From contig DAIDBH010000007.1 of the NCBI GenBank assembly GCA_027310185.1, positions 13,891-77,890 of the forward strand: 64,000 nucleotides of DNA, in the 5' to 3' direction. Of the stretch, positions 1 through 10,352 are shown in pieces. The DNA comes from Thermoplasmatales archaeon. GTDB taxonomy: Archaea; Thermoplasmatota; Thermoplasmata; Thermoplasmatales; Thermoplasmataceae. Position numbers and translations under genes: made by a program. The notes beneath the pieces are model-generated. The model had not been told where the DNA came from and searched no databases. It saw only the letters and a list, made by a program, of their open reading frames with translations. Every line of letters starts with the position of its first letter. Position 1 is the stretch's first letter.

Positions 1-781
1 CTGGATCGACGGTATCCAGACCCAGCTTTTTGGCGTATATGTATTCTTCTGGTATCTCAATACCTGCATCTAAAAGAATTTCAACATCCCTCATTAGATG
101 CTCTTTTGATACATTCAGTATAATTTTTCCATCCTTTATAACTACAACCCTGTCCACAAAGGGCAGTGCCCTTTCTACCTTATGTTCTACAATAATCTGT
201 GTCATTTTAACCTTGTTGTTCTGAATGAACTTGAAGATCTGTTCTGTTCCCTCTGGATCTATGTTTGATGTGGGTTCGTCCAGGATCATTATGCGAGGCT
301 CCATGGCTATTACCGATCCAAGTGCTACACGCTGCAACTCACCCCCGGATAACTTTGTTGTCTCCCGATCTATGAAACTTTCCAGTCCAACTGTTTCTAT
401 TGCCTTATTTATCCGCCTTTCCATTTCTTCTCTTGGTAGTTTAAGATTTTCAGGACCGAAGGCTATTTCATCAACTATACCATAGTTCATTACCTGCCTC
501 TCAGGATCCTGCAAGAGAGTTCCCACAGTTTTCGCTATATCAGGAAGTCTCATCTCTCTCACTTCCTGTCCCATCAGCTTAATGCTACCTGTTAGTTCTC
601 CGCTGATCACGTTTGGTATAATTCCATTTATACAGTTGATCAATGTGCTCTTTCCCGAGCCTGATCTACCAGTCAAAAGAATGCTTTCTCCCTCGTTAAC
701 ATAAAAATCTTCAATGGTAAGTGCTGGTTTCTCGTCACCGAGATATGTGAATGAAAGGTTTTTTATTTCTATTGCCTTCAT
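1..781 (-). CDS. ECF/ABC transporter ATP-binding protein (runs off window start)
   Basis: Not in ORF track; hand translation from ATG at 781 gives MKAIEIKNLSFTYLGDEKPAL...GRSGSGKST (Walker A), LSGGE signature, DEPTS Walker B; ATGA overlap with upstream gene. Confidence 0.9.
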   Translation of the reverse strand, partial: MKAIEIKNLSFTYLGDEKPALTIEDFYVNEGESILLTGRSGSGKSTLINCINGIIPNVISGELTGSIKLMGQEVREMRLPDIAKTVGTLLQDPERQVMNYGIVDEIAFGPENLKLPREEMERRINKAIETVGLESFIDRETTKLSGGELQRVALGSVIAMEPRIMILDEPTSNIDPEGTEQIFKFIQNNKVKMTQIIVEHKVERALPFVDRVVVIKDGKIILNVSKEHLMRDVEILLDAGIEIPEEYIYAKKLGLDTVDP

Positions 782-1521
782 TGTCCAATCACTCTGGCAA
801 CCCTTAAAGCTATTAATCCGGCTATAACTCCGAATAATACGTTTCCAGGAATTGATTCAGCGAATGATACCAGTATGGTCTGCCAGTTGACTATGCTACC
901 ATAAAGGAAAGGACCAAAGAAAGCCTTATAGAAGAAAGGATCTGGGAATGCCCATGTAAATCCAATGATCCCGCCAGTCAAACCTGCAAATAACTCCTGA
1001 TGTTTCTTTACGTATGATTTAGCTATCGATTTGTTAACCTTTGATCTGTAATCCCCGAATAGATTTCCCCTTCTTATGGTTATAGCCAGGTCAATGAATA
1101 GCCCGTATGTCAACGCTTCGTAAAATACGAACACGGGTTCTCCACTGAACCCATAATGGAAGATGTCACCGAGGATGTCGAATATGGCAAGACTAAGCAT
1201 TCCAACGCCTGGTTTTCTGACGAGCCCTGCAATGATGAAAATAATGATTATTCTCCCAAAGAAGCCAAATCCTATGAATGCTGTAAGACCAGGTGGAACT
1301 ATCTTGTCCAGTAATGGACCTATGAAAAATTCCCACACCACTGTAAAGGCGGCCCCGATGCCGATGTACACAAAATCAACAGTTTTATATCCCTTCAACC
1401 CTCCAGTTTTTTTGCTGTAATAAAAAACAAACCCAAGAGCAATAGCAAAATAAGCAATGACTATCTCCCAGGGAATCATTCCCGCAACACTTAGATTTCC
1501 TTCAATTCCATTTAAACCCAT
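778..1521 (-). CDS. ECF transporter substrate-specific (S) component-like membrane protein
   Basis: 247 aa, about 6-7 hydrophobic helices, 'LVRKPGVG' motif typical of S components; translationally coupled to ECF ATPase. Confidence 0.7.
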   Translation of the reverse strand: MGLNGIEGNLSVAGMIPWEIVIAYFAIALGFVFYYSKKTGGLKGYKTVDFVYIGIGAAFTVVWEFFIGPLLDKIVPPGLTAFIGFGFFGRIIIIFIIAGLVRKPGVGMLSLAIFDILGDIFHYGFSGEPVFVFYEALTYGLFIDLAITIRRGNLFGDYRSKVNKSIAKSYVKKHQELFAGLTGGIIGFTWAFPDPFFYKAFFGPFLYGSIVNWQTILVSFAESIPGNVLFGVIAGLIALRVARVIGQ

Positions 1522-1708
1522 TTTATTTCATTTATTCATGTTCCTGTATTAGTTATAAATTTTCTACATAGTATATTTTGTATTCATTTGCCATATATTG
1601 ACAATATATGAACAAATATTCAAAATAAACTTCATAGATAAAACTTATTGGGTATTAATTTCTCACTAGTTACAACATGGTGGGAGATTTGCATCATATT
1701 GAGAGAGG

Positions 1709-2461
1709 ATGAAAAGAAAAATGCTAAAAACTGTTTTGCTGGATTTTGACAATACTATTTATGATGATGTTGGAGCCATAAGAAGGGTATTCATGCAGCT
1801 TAAAACCGAGTACAGGTTTTTTAAGCCTATTCCCCTGGATGAATTGATTTCAAGATTTTATTATACGGACTACAAAATGCAGGATATGCTAAGGCAGGAT
1901 AATGCAAAGCCTTCAGACATAAATCTAAAAAGAACGGATCTGTTTCTTCAGAATATTGGATTGCCATTAAAAATAGAAATGGTGAATGAAATACACGAAC
2001 GGATAAGAGAGTTGCATATAAAATATGGTAAACCTGTTCCTGGAGCTGCGAAGCTGTTGAAAAAGTTAAAAGAAAAATATATTGTCGGAATAGTGACGAA
2101 TCACATGGGTGACTACCAGAGGGAGAAGATAGCCAGATCGAATTTTGGGGGTAACATAGATTTCCTTGTTCCGGCTTATGACTATGGTGTCTTTAAGCCA
2201 GAACCTGAGATATTCAGCATTGCGCTCAAGGAAGCAGGAGTGGCCCCCGACGAGGCCATAATGATAGGTGATAACTGGAAAGCTGACGTGAAGGGTGCTA
2301 CGCAGTCAGGCATCGTACCAGTATGGGTAAATTTCAAAAACCAGCCTGTTCCAGAGGAGGGCTTCGCAAACGTTTTAAGATTTCTTTCCCCTGCCGATGA
2401 GGTTGTTGGAATGATTGAATATTATTATTCACTTGGGTTGCCACTAATCAGTGCAGAATAA
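1709..2461 (+). CDS. HAD-superfamily hydrolase
   Basis: DFDNT motif I, VTN motif II, KPEPEIF and IGDNWKADV motifs III/IV. Confidence 0.9.
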   Translation: MKRKMLKTVLLDFDNTIYDDVGAIRRVFMQLKTEYRFFKPIPLDELISRFYYTDYKMQDMLRQDNAKPSDINLKRTDLFLQNIGLPLKIEMVNEIHERIRELHIKYGKPVPGAAKLLKKLKEKYIVGIVTNHMGDYQREKIARSNFGGNIDFLVPAYDYGVFKPEPEIFSIALKEAGVAPDEAIMIGDNWKADVKGATQSGIVPVWVNFKNQPVPEEGFANVLRFLSPADEVVGMIEYYYSLGLPLISAE

Positions 2462-2577
2462 AAAGTAATTTGCTATTTTTAAAGTGCATGAATAATAATT
2501 CAGTAACCCGGAAGATTGCCTATGAGTATTTTTCATAAGAATTTTGAGAACCTGGTAATATTCAAAATGGATATTGG

Positions 2578-3084
2578 TTAATGCGCTGCCTTTTTACCCA
2601 CTCTTCTGAACAATATCTCATATAGTGCTCCAAGAACTATCACAACTCCTCCGACTGAACTCATTTCGGAAATGGTGTCTCTGGCTTTGTAATATGCTAT
2701 ATGCAGTGGGCCGGCATCAGTTATATTGATTATGTAAAGATGATAGGCCTGATCCCATGAGGTGTCATAGAAGTGTGAGTAAAGGAAAATTGTAGCAATC
2801 CCAACCACTACCATCACTATGGGATAGTATTTTGCAAGCACATTTAATTTTCCCGTAATATTCAGATATTCAATTAATCCCATTGTCATGATGAAAAGAC
2901 TGAATACAGTGTTGATTGCCAATATGTAGTTGTTGAAAATTCCTGCTTCTAGGGTCATTGCATATGGCGCAATAACAAGCAGCAGAAACCCTATTAAAAT
3001 ATACATGTATGAGGTGTATTTTTCATCTATCCACTTAACTTCTTCAGATTGGGCGTTCTCACCCACAGAACTTCCTTTTTCCAT
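2578..3084 (-). CDS. Hypothetical membrane protein (~4 TM)
   Basis: 168-aa ORF with four hydrophobic segments. Confidence 0.65.
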   Translation of the reverse strand: MEKGSSVGENAQSEEVKWIDEKYTSYMYILIGFLLLVIAPYAMTLEAGIFNNYILAINTVFSLFIMTMGLIEYLNITGKLNVLAKYYPIVMVVVGIATIFLYSHFYDTSWDQAYHLYIINITDAGPLHIAYYKARDTISEMSSVGGVVIVLGALYEILFRRVGKKAAH

Positions 3085-3308
3085 ATTGTGATAGTTTTCA
3101 TGTAATCTTAAAATTAACTTATATACAATCTATACCCTAATTGTTAGTATTTAATTTATATTTATAGAGAGTGGTTGGTTCCCCTATCAAGTAATATGTT
3201 CCTAAGTATCAATATATAGTCCTATTATGTTTACCGATGTTAGTTTTTAGTAATTCAAACAATTAAGCAATCATCTCCTTTTCTAAATGAAAGGAAAGTT
3301 GAGGAGCG

Positions 3309-5021
3309 TTGCAGATGAAGATTAAATCCGGAAAAAATAAGGTAAATAGGGATATAAATAAACACATTGTGAGAATAGCTTATGTCATATTTATTGCAGC
3401 TGTTATGATAGGACCAATGGCAGGAGTACAACATACCGTCACTACCAGTGCAGAAATAGCACATAATGTCAATATGTCTGACACATACCAGGTTTACGGT
3501 TCAACGGATACACACAAGATAAAACATGTAATTGTTGTTATAGAGGAGAATCAGGCATTTGATACCATATTCGGAACTTATCCCTACGGTTATAAGCCTA
3601 TTGTTAACAACATAACAGATTCAGTAATGAGGCCTGAAGGACTCTACACCAATGTGAGCCAGTTGAATAATTCCAATGGTGAATTGTCATATATTTCAAT
3701 CCCAAAGGTACCATGGCTTCCTGTATTTGGTGATGCAAGTCCCTATTATGCCAATGGAAACTCCACTATTGATCCCTACGAAGGATGGAGTTCATATCAC
3801 GGAGATTACTGGTTTGACACAGAAAAAGGTTTCTATTACTATTCAGGTCCGCAGTCAATGGCATATTTTTCCTATGAGCAGGTAGGCATACTGTGGGATT
3901 ATGCTGAAGAATATTCTATCTCAGATAACTATTTCGCACCTGTAATGGGTTTTACCGAGCCAAACAGGGTAGCATACCTTCTGGGAGAGCCAGCCAATTT
4001 CTACAGTGACTCCGCAAATAATGTTGCACCCTTTAACGATACAGTTATGGCGCAACTTCAGAAAAATAACCTGAGTTGGGGATACTATGCATATGATCTT
4101 GAAAAGGGGAAGGTTCCCTGGCCAGTAGATGAATTTACCGGGGCATACAACTATCTGAGCCATTTTGGAAACGTAACCAACTTCAGGAGTGCACTTGATG
4201 GAAATGATCTGCCTAATGTGTCATGGCTTATGTTCCTTGGAGGCAGTGACAGCAAGTACGATATGCATCCTCCATACAACATTCTTTCTGGCTCAGAAAA
4301 ACTTGCATCTGTTCTGAACAGTGTTGAAACGAGCAAATACTGGAACTCTACCGCTGTTTTTATCACTTTCGATGAGGGAGGTGGATATTACGATCAAATA
4401 ACACCTCCATCCATCAATCACTTTGGACTTGGACAGAGAATACCTCTCATGATAATCTCTCCCTATGCAAGGGAGGCATTTGTGGGGAATGACACGATTT
4501 CAGGATACAGTATTACCGGCTTTGTAGACAGTAATTTCAATCTTCCCTTCTTGACAAAAACAGTTGCAGAAAGCAACAGTCAGGGGATACTGCAAATGTT
4601 CAATTTCAGCAGGAATCCAAGGTCACCCATAGTAATAAATCCTGAGAGCTGGACTTACCCGATGAAGCTCCAGCATCCTGTGCACCATGGATATGTTGCT
4701 GCTGTCCACGATCATGCTGGATATGCATATGTTTACTCTGCCCCGGAGATTAATTATCTTCTTCCCCTTGAACTAATTGCATTCGCAGCCATTGCGGTCT
4801 CGTTTAAATTTAAAAAGTTGGTATATCTGCCCCTGCCCATATTCACAGTAACAATATCGATCGCCGGATATGTTAACCAGTTCTATAACATATATTCGTT
4901 CATTACACAATATTACCTGTTCTCTTCACTCATAGGTTTGCTGGTAGCATTTGTGCTTGTATTCAGGAATCTTAGGAAAGATGGTAGATTTGACAAGAAA
5001 TTAGGTGCGGGGCAGACATAG
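3309..5021 (+). CDS. Phosphoesterase family (acid phosphatase/phospholipase C-like), membrane anchored
   Basis: IKHVIVVIEENQAFD, TEPNR, DMHPP, ITFDEGGGYYD, GLGQRIP motifs; N-terminal signal/TM and C-terminal TMs; start uncertain (TTG 3309 or ATG 3315). Confidence 0.85.
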   Translation: MQMKIKSGKNKVNRDINKHIVRIAYVIFIAAVMIGPMAGVQHTVTTSAEIAHNVNMSDTYQVYGSTDTHKIKHVIVVIEENQAFDTIFGTYPYGYKPIVNNITDSVMRPEGLYTNVSQLNNSNGELSYISIPKVPWLPVFGDASPYYANGNSTIDPYEGWSSYHGDYWFDTEKGFYYYSGPQSMAYFSYEQVGILWDYAEEYSISDNYFAPVMGFTEPNRVAYLLGEPANFYSDSANNVAPFNDTVMAQLQKNNLSWGYYAYDLEKGKVPWPVDEFTGAYNYLSHFGNVTNFRSALDGNDLPNVSWLMFLGGSDSKYDMHPPYNILSGSEKLASVLNSVETSKYWNSTAVFITFDEGGGYYDQITPPSINHFGLGQRIPLMIISPYAREAFVGNDTISGYSITGFVDSNFNLPFLTKTVAESNSQGILQMFNFSRNPRSPIVINPESWTYPMKLQHPVHHGYVAAVHDHAGYAYVYSAPEINYLLPLELIAFAAIAVSFKFKKLVYLPLPIFTVTISIAGYVNQFYNIYSFITQYYLFSSLIGLLVAFVLVFRNLRKDGRFDKKLGAGQT

Positions 5022-5555
5022 TTGTTTAATACTGTAGCATTTCTCTTATCCTTTATTCCGTGTATGTTCGAAGGTGTTGAGATGTCTGTATTTTCCATGG
5101 TTGCATCTTCCACCAATAAAAGAAGCGGGGATATGGGAACTGTGCTTGGCGTCATAATAGTCCTAATACTCATTTATGTGACATATCTCTATCTTCCATT
5201 TCTTATCAACGACCAGGTTGAAAAGATAATGAAAACATCCATAGGGCTTATATTCATAGGAATTGGAACCATGGTTCTTCTTTTCTTTGGCAGCAGATCT
5301 TCAACCGGTTCTTTCTTTACCGCAACCTTTGGCATAGCAGCAGAGGGTGTTGAGGTTGACCTGTTCCAGGTATCTTCCTATCTTATCACAAACCACCTGT
5401 TTTCTGCCTTGCTCGGTGGAATACTCGGATTTGGCATAATACTTGTTCTGTTCAGGGTACTCACCATAAGGCTAAAAGATTCAATTATGAAAGGTACAGC
5501 TATTGTGATTTTGTACACAGTAGGATTTATTGTTCTCACAAGCGGATTCTTTTGA
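5022..5555 (+). CDS. Membrane protein with duplicated EGVE motif (FTR1/UPF0016-like transporter?)
   Basis: About 6 TMs, two halves each with EGVE; starts immediately after phosphoesterase stop. Confidence 0.55.
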   Translation: MFNTVAFLLSFIPCMFEGVEMSVFSMVASSTNKRSGDMGTVLGVIIVLILIYVTYLYLPFLINDQVEKIMKTSIGLIFIGIGTMVLLFFGSRSSTGSFFTATFGIAAEGVEVDLFQVSSYLITNHLFSALLGGILGFGIILVLFRVLTIRLKDSIMKGTAIVILYTVGFIVLTSGFF

Positions 5556-5916
5556 GAAGAGATTATGAATGCAAAAATATTGCCTTACTTTAAGAAATAT
5601 CAGAAATGACCGTAATCCCTGTCCTCGGGGAGAAAGAGTGCTATCCTCACTTCCGAAAGAACAGAACATCAAGGTGAAGCAAAGACTCACAGAGATGGAG
5701 AATATTCCTTAATGGATTCAATAGCCACATTCTTCAGACTAATGGATATCACATAAAGAGGATACTTGTCCACGGATGCTTAGCTCCCCCTATCAATCTT
5801 CACAAATTTCTTCCATACATATTTTACACGTCTCCCCTGACTAATCTCAAGGAAACAATAATGGAATATATTCTACTTAGATTACATTAAAGTTGTTAGT
5901 GCTATAATGACATTGT

Positions 5917-7041
5917 ATGGAGTCTAACGAACTTGTATTACCAAATTATGAAAATGGAAGTCTTTATAATCTGGCTCAGAGCATAATAACGAGCCTGGAA
6001 CTTCAAACAAAGCACAATGGGTTGAAGGAAATACCTGTAGATGGAAAGAAAATGAGCGTTGTCCTGATAGATGGTTTTGGATACCTGGCAGGAAAAAAAG
6101 CAGGAATAATTGAAGACGGCGAACCGTATTTAACCAGTGTGTTTCCTTCAATAACTACAACAGCACTTGTAACTCTAATGTCCGGGCAACTCCCCGGTGA
6201 ACACTGTGTCCTGGGCGGCACAACTTTTGTGAAGAAATTTGGAACAATAGTGGACAACTTCCAGTTTTCTCCAGTCTATTCAAGAGGCAAAGATTCTCTG
6301 AAGGAATTTGGAACAATGAAAGACATATTCAAAGTTGAAAACACAGTTGAAAAAGCTGTCAGAATAGGAAAAAAATGCGCCATCATTTCCCCGGATTTCA
6401 TCAAAAAGTCTGAGTTGACCACCATAACTAATAGTACAGAAGGAGATCATTTTCATTACTATCACCTCTGGGACGCATTATACTTCTACAGAAAGGCACT
6501 TGAGAATGGTTATGACTATGTTTATCTTTATATTCCCTTTGCAGACAAGCTATCCCATATTTATGGACCATATTCAGAACAGAACATGATGGCGTTGAGA
6601 GAAATAGTAGAGAGCGTTAAGAGGGAAATGGAGCCCTATAAGAGCCAGTATAGATTTGTGATAACTGCAGACCATGGACATGTACCCGCAAACAAGGCCA
6701 TTCAGATGACCGATTTCCCCGCTGTACCAATCAATTTCTCCATGCCTCCATTTGGATCCACCAGGTCAATATTTTTCTCTGGTACCAGTAACCTGCTTGA
6801 ATCACTGAATAACTATCTTCCAGGTTTGAAGATATATGATAATAGCAAGAACAACCTCAAGCAGCTTCTTGGTTCATCAGAATGCAGTAAGATGACAAGT
6901 TTTGATTATATTGGAATTCCAATTAACGGAGATTCCTTTTTCTTTCCTGGTTCTCTTGACGAGGGTAACACTACCTATTTCAAGGGTAGACATGGAGGCA
7001 TGTGCAGGGATGAAATGTTAATTCCACTCATAATTTTATGA
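5917..7041 (+). CDS. Alkaline phosphatase superfamily / type I phosphodiesterase-nucleotide pyrophosphatase
   Basis: LIDGFG, SVFPSITTTA, DKLSHIYGP, ITADHGH, HGG..DEM.IP motifs. Confidence 0.88.
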   Translation: MESNELVLPNYENGSLYNLAQSIITSLELQTKHNGLKEIPVDGKKMSVVLIDGFGYLAGKKAGIIEDGEPYLTSVFPSITTTALVTLMSGQLPGEHCVLGGTTFVKKFGTIVDNFQFSPVYSRGKDSLKEFGTMKDIFKVENTVEKAVRIGKKCAIISPDFIKKSELTTITNSTEGDHFHYYHLWDALYFYRKALENGYDYVYLYIPFADKLSHIYGPYSEQNMMALREIVESVKREMEPYKSQYRFVITADHGHVPANKAIQMTDFPAVPINFSMPPFGSTRSIFFSGTSNLLESLNNYLPGLKIYDNSKNNLKQLLGSSECSKMTSFDYIGIPINGDSFFFPGSLDEGNTTYFKGRHGGMCRDEMLIPLIIL

Positions 7042-7119
7042 AAATCCCCCACAATATTGTTAACCCATATGCGTTTTCTATTTGTCAACATTTAAATAAG
7101 TTGATAACCATGGTTAATC

Positions 7120-7296
7120 ATGGAAGAAGAATCTATAATAGAAAATTTCATAAAGGCACTTGAGGGAGCAAAAGGATCGATGGAATTTAATTTCAAGGAA
7201 ATGAGTATTAAATTGCCAGGAATGAATGCTAATGTTGTTATCAATGGAACTCTGGATGTAACAGCGATGCCAGTACATGAAAAAGCAAAACAGTGA
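7120..7296 (+). CDS. Small hypothetical protein (58 aa)
   Basis: Hand-read ORF MEEESIIENFIKALEG...VHEKAKQ; TATA-like tttaaata about 25 nt upstream; overlaps next gene. Confidence 0.65.
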   Translation: MEEESIIENFIKALEGAKGSMEFNFKEMSIKLPGMNANVVINGTLDVTAMPVHEKAKQ

Positions 7297-7627
7297 AATA
7301 ATCTCAGCGATTTCTCATAGCTTACTGAATTCAGGTAATGTTGAAATCAGGATTAATGGAGAGTTATTTTCAAATGTGACAATAGATAATGGCACTGTTG
7401 AAGTTGAGATGACTGATAAAAAACTATCAAAGAGCATGTTTAAAAAGATGCCAAAGACCAGCAAACGAAGAAAAATGTTAAGCAATGTTTCAAGTTTTAT
7501 TGCATCTTTTGGTGTTGTGATTGAAATAAGAGATAAGAAGGGATTCATCCTGAAGATTGGAAAAGGTGCTCATTCAATCCTCGGAAACTTTGAGGCAAAG
7601 CTGGTAAAGCTTGAAGAGTATTTTTAG
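7277..7627 (+). CDS. Hypothetical protein
   Basis: 116-aa ORF apparently co-transcribed with the 58-aa ORF. Confidence 0.6.
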   Translation: MKKQNSEIISAISHSLLNSGNVEIRINGELFSNVTIDNGTVEVEMTDKKLSKSMFKKMPKTSKRRKMLSNVSSFIASFGVVIEIRDKKGFILKIGKGAHSILGNFEAKLVKLEEYF

Positions 7628-7756
7628 TTTTTATTCATAGTAAATGACATGATAATTCAGTTACCGGTTTCAGATCGTTTGTCAGTTACATTTTCTTCAT
7701 GGATGGAATAAATAGGATATTTTTTTATACAGTATTACCATAACAGCACAATTAAC

Positions 7757-8005
7757 ATGGCAACATATCCAAATACCGGAATCAAACCATTAGAAGCTCT
7801 AAGGGCTTCAACTGAAAAGAATGTATTAGTTGATGTTAAGGGAAAGAGAGGTTACTCTGGTACCCTTGAAGGATACGATGTATACATGAATCTTGTTCTA
7901 AGAAATGCAAATGAAATTATAAATGGAGAAGTTAGGGGCGTACACAACAGAATACTTGTCAGGGGAGACAATGTTATTTTTGTTTCGCCGTCATCAGGTG
8001 ATTAA
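7757..8005 (+). CDS. Sm-like archaeal protein (SmAP1/LSm)
   Basis: Sm1 GTLEGYDVYMNLVL and Sm2 ILVRGDNVIFVSP; adjacent to rpl37e as usual in archaea. Confidence 0.95.
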   Translation: MATYPNTGIKPLEALRASTEKNVLVDVKGKRGYSGTLEGYDVYMNLVLRNANEIINGEVRGVHNRILVRGDNVIFVSPSSGD

Positions 8006-8007
8006 AG

Positions 8008-8172
8008 ATGAGTAATGGAACAGCTGTAATGGGAAAAATGAACAGTAAGAAAGTTCATATCAGATGCAGAAGATGCGGTCATCATGCGTACCATATCAGG
8101 GAAAAGAGGTGTGCTCACTGTGGATTCCCAGCTCCCAGACTACGATCCTATAAATGGGCTAAAGCCAAGTGA
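8008..8172 (+). CDS. rpl37e: 50S ribosomal protein L37e
   Basis: Not in ORF track; hand translation MSNGTAVMGKMNSKKVHIRCRRCGHHAYHIREKRCAHCGFPAPRLRSYKWAKAK. Confidence 0.95.
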   Translation: MSNGTAVMGKMNSKKVHIRCRRCGHHAYHIREKRCAHCGFPAPRLRSYKWAKAK

Positions 8173-9559
8173 AAACTGTGCCGTAGTTGGGATATACGGT
8201 AATGAGCCAGTTTTTTTTAAAATCTATACGTCCTTGAGGACGCTGCAGCACAGGGGCCAGGAGGCTTCAGGAGTTGCAATTTATGATGGAGAGAAGATAA
8301 ATGCCCTGAAAGTGGATGGGCTTGTATATGAAGGTTTCAGGCCTTATATTGAAAAGGAAATCGTCCCTAAGGGAAATATCGGAATAGGGCATAACAGGTA
8401 TTCCACGGCTGGCATTAAGAATATAACTGGCGCAGGGCCATTTCTTATATCCACAGCAATGGGCGATATGGCCATAAGTCACAACGGAGAGATAACAAAC
8501 TACCAGCTACTGAGAGATGAACTTAAAGAGCAAGGGGTACCTTTTGTTACAACAAATGACACGGAAGTTATGCTGAATCTTCTGGCAAGAACAATCCGGC
8601 AGAAAGGGATTAAAAACGGTATCAGAAGTTCCATGGAAGTGCTTCAGGGATCATATTCTGCTGTTCTCATGATAGGAGAAAAGATGTATGCAATGAGGGA
8701 CCCAAAAGGTTTCAGGCCACTCATTATCGGGAAGGCGGGTAATGACATAATTATATCGTCTGAAAGTGCAGCCATTGATGTTCTGGGAGGGACTATCGTA
8801 AGGGATGTTCAACCAGGAGAAGTTGTTGAGATATACAATGGAGATATAAACACATTATTCATAATGAGGAGTCAGAGAATTTCTCACTGTATGTTCGAAT
8901 ACGTGTATTTTGCACGACCGGATAGTGTAATTGATGGCATTGAGGTGTATAATTCCAGGTACAGACTTGGAGTCAATCTTGCAAAAGAGGCTCCTGTTGA
9001 TGCTGATGTTGTAATACCTGTACCTGACTCTGGAAGGACGCAGGCCCTGAGTTATGCAGCAGAATTGAAGATGGAATATAGCGAAGGCCTATTCAAGAAC
9101 AGGTACTCAGAAAGGACATTTATTATGCCAGGCAATAAGCAGAGAGACGATGCAGTTAAGCTGAAACTCAATCCAATAAAATCCGTTGTACAGGGAAAGC
9201 GAATTGTCCTGGTGGATGACAGCATTGTTCGTGGAACAACCATGAAAAGAATTGTTGCATTGCTCAGGAGTTTTGGCGCAAAGGAGATACACGTAAGGAT
9301 AGCCTCACCCAAGATTATCGCACCATGTTATTTCGGTGTTGACATGAAGACCAGGGACCAGTTCATAGCGTTGAACAGGAGCGATGAGCAGATTTCACAA
9401 GATGTTGGAGCTGATAGCCTTGCATACCTTTCCATAGAAGGTCTTGTGAAAAGCATAGGAATGCCGAAAAAATCACTCTGTCTGGGATGCCTGACCGGGG
9501 AATATCCGGTGAAGATAGATGGAGAAAGGGAAGATGTCCAGACAACTCTGGAGTTATAA
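8084..9559 (+). CDS. purF: Amidophosphoribosyltransferase
   Basis: ENCAVVG (catalytic Cys), LQHRGQE, GHNRYST, CMFEYVYFARPDS, VDDSIVRGTT; true start uncertain. Confidence 0.96.
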   Translation: MRTISGKRGVLTVDSQLPDYDPINGLKPSENCAVVGIYGNEPVFFKIYTSLRTLQHRGQEASGVAIYDGEKINALKVDGLVYEGFRPYIEKEIVPKGNIGIGHNRYSTAGIKNITGAGPFLISTAMGDMAISHNGEITNYQLLRDELKEQGVPFVTTNDTEVMLNLLARTIRQKGIKNGIRSSMEVLQGSYSAVLMIGEKMYAMRDPKGFRPLIIGKAGNDIIISSESAAIDVLGGTIVRDVQPGEVVEIYNGDINTLFIMRSQRISHCMFEYVYFARPDSVIDGIEVYNSRYRLGVNLAKEAPVDADVVIPVPDSGRTQALSYAAELKMEYSEGLFKNRYSERTFIMPGNKQRDDAVKLKLNPIKSVVQGKRIVLVDDSIVRGTTMKRIVALLRSFGAKEIHVRIASPKIIAPCYFGVDMKTRDQFIALNRSDEQISQDVGADSLAYLSIEGLVKSIGMPKKSLCLGCLTGEYPVKIDGEREDVQTTLEL

Positions 9560-9560
9560 T

Positions 9561-10352
9561 TTAACTCTTGCTACTGATTTTTGAAAGGATATTGTCTATT
9601 TCTTCCTGGCTCATTATCCTGCCTGTACCGTCGGCCTTTAGTGTCAGGGCAATTTTTGCTGATAAACGCCTTGAAATTTTCCCCCTATCCTTTGGGCTGC
9701 TTCCCGATATTATATGAGACTTGTACAGGAAGCCATGCTTTGGATTGGGAATGTGTTTTGTCTTGCTGATGAAAAGTGACTTCTCAGCACCTGCCATCTG
9801 TATTGAGGATGATGGAGTGTTTACAAGCCTTTCAAGTGATTGGAAATGACCGAGAAGCTCAGCACATAATACTGGATTAATAATTCTTGATGTGTTTGGG
9901 AAAATCTCTCTTGCTTTCTCATTCAGTGACTTTTCAAGTTCCTTCTTCCTTGAAACCATTTCCGATCCAAGTTCTCCTATGGTTGAGATTGCAGGGTCCT
10001 CATTATTTATCATGTGCTGGAATAGTTCTCCAGGATCTTCCGATTCTCCAACAATCAGGCCAAGAGCCATAGATTTTTCAAATAACAGGTTGATTATTTC
10101 ATCCATTGAATTATATACATTGAAGATTTTCACCAGTTTCCAGTCCCTGCCAAGAGACTCATTCAGTTTCCATCTACCATAATCAAGCATCAGTTCCCTG
10201 AGGTCAGGAAGTGTCTTGCCAGGTTCAGTTTCAATTTCATTCTTACCCTCTGATAACGTGTTAAACAGGTCAACTGGGTTTGTAGAAAGAAGCTTATAAA
10301 CTCTTAAGCTACCTTCATTCCTGTGACCGTACCATCTAGTTCTTTCTGTCAT
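9561..10352 (-). CDS. Nop5/Nop56-58 C/D box sRNP protein (short)
   Basis: PSSSIQMAGAEKSLF, PKHGFLY, RGKISRRLSAKIAL Nop-domain motifs; likely start MTERTRWYG at 10352. Confidence 0.88.
   Translation of the reverse strand: MTERTRWYGHRNEGSLRVYKLLSTNPVDLFNTLSEGKNEIETEPGKTLPDLRELMLDYGRWKLNESLGRDWKLVKIFNVYNSMDEIINLLFEKSMALGLIVGESEDPGELFQHMINNEDPAISTIGELGSEMVSRKKELEKSLNEKAREIFPNTSRIINPVLCAELLGHFQSLERLVNTPSSSIQMAGAEKSLFISKTKHIPNPKHGFLYKSHIISGSSPKDRGKISRRLSAKIALTLKADGTGRIMSQEEIDNILSKISSKS

Noticed and set aside
30-485. Plus-strand ORFs 30-224 and 225-485
   Set aside because: Antisense shadows of the ABC ATPase on the minus strand
5556-5916. Intergenic stretch with GC-richer patches, possible ncRNA or gene remnant
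   Set aside because: No recognisable fold, box C/D pair or intact ORF could be supported by eye
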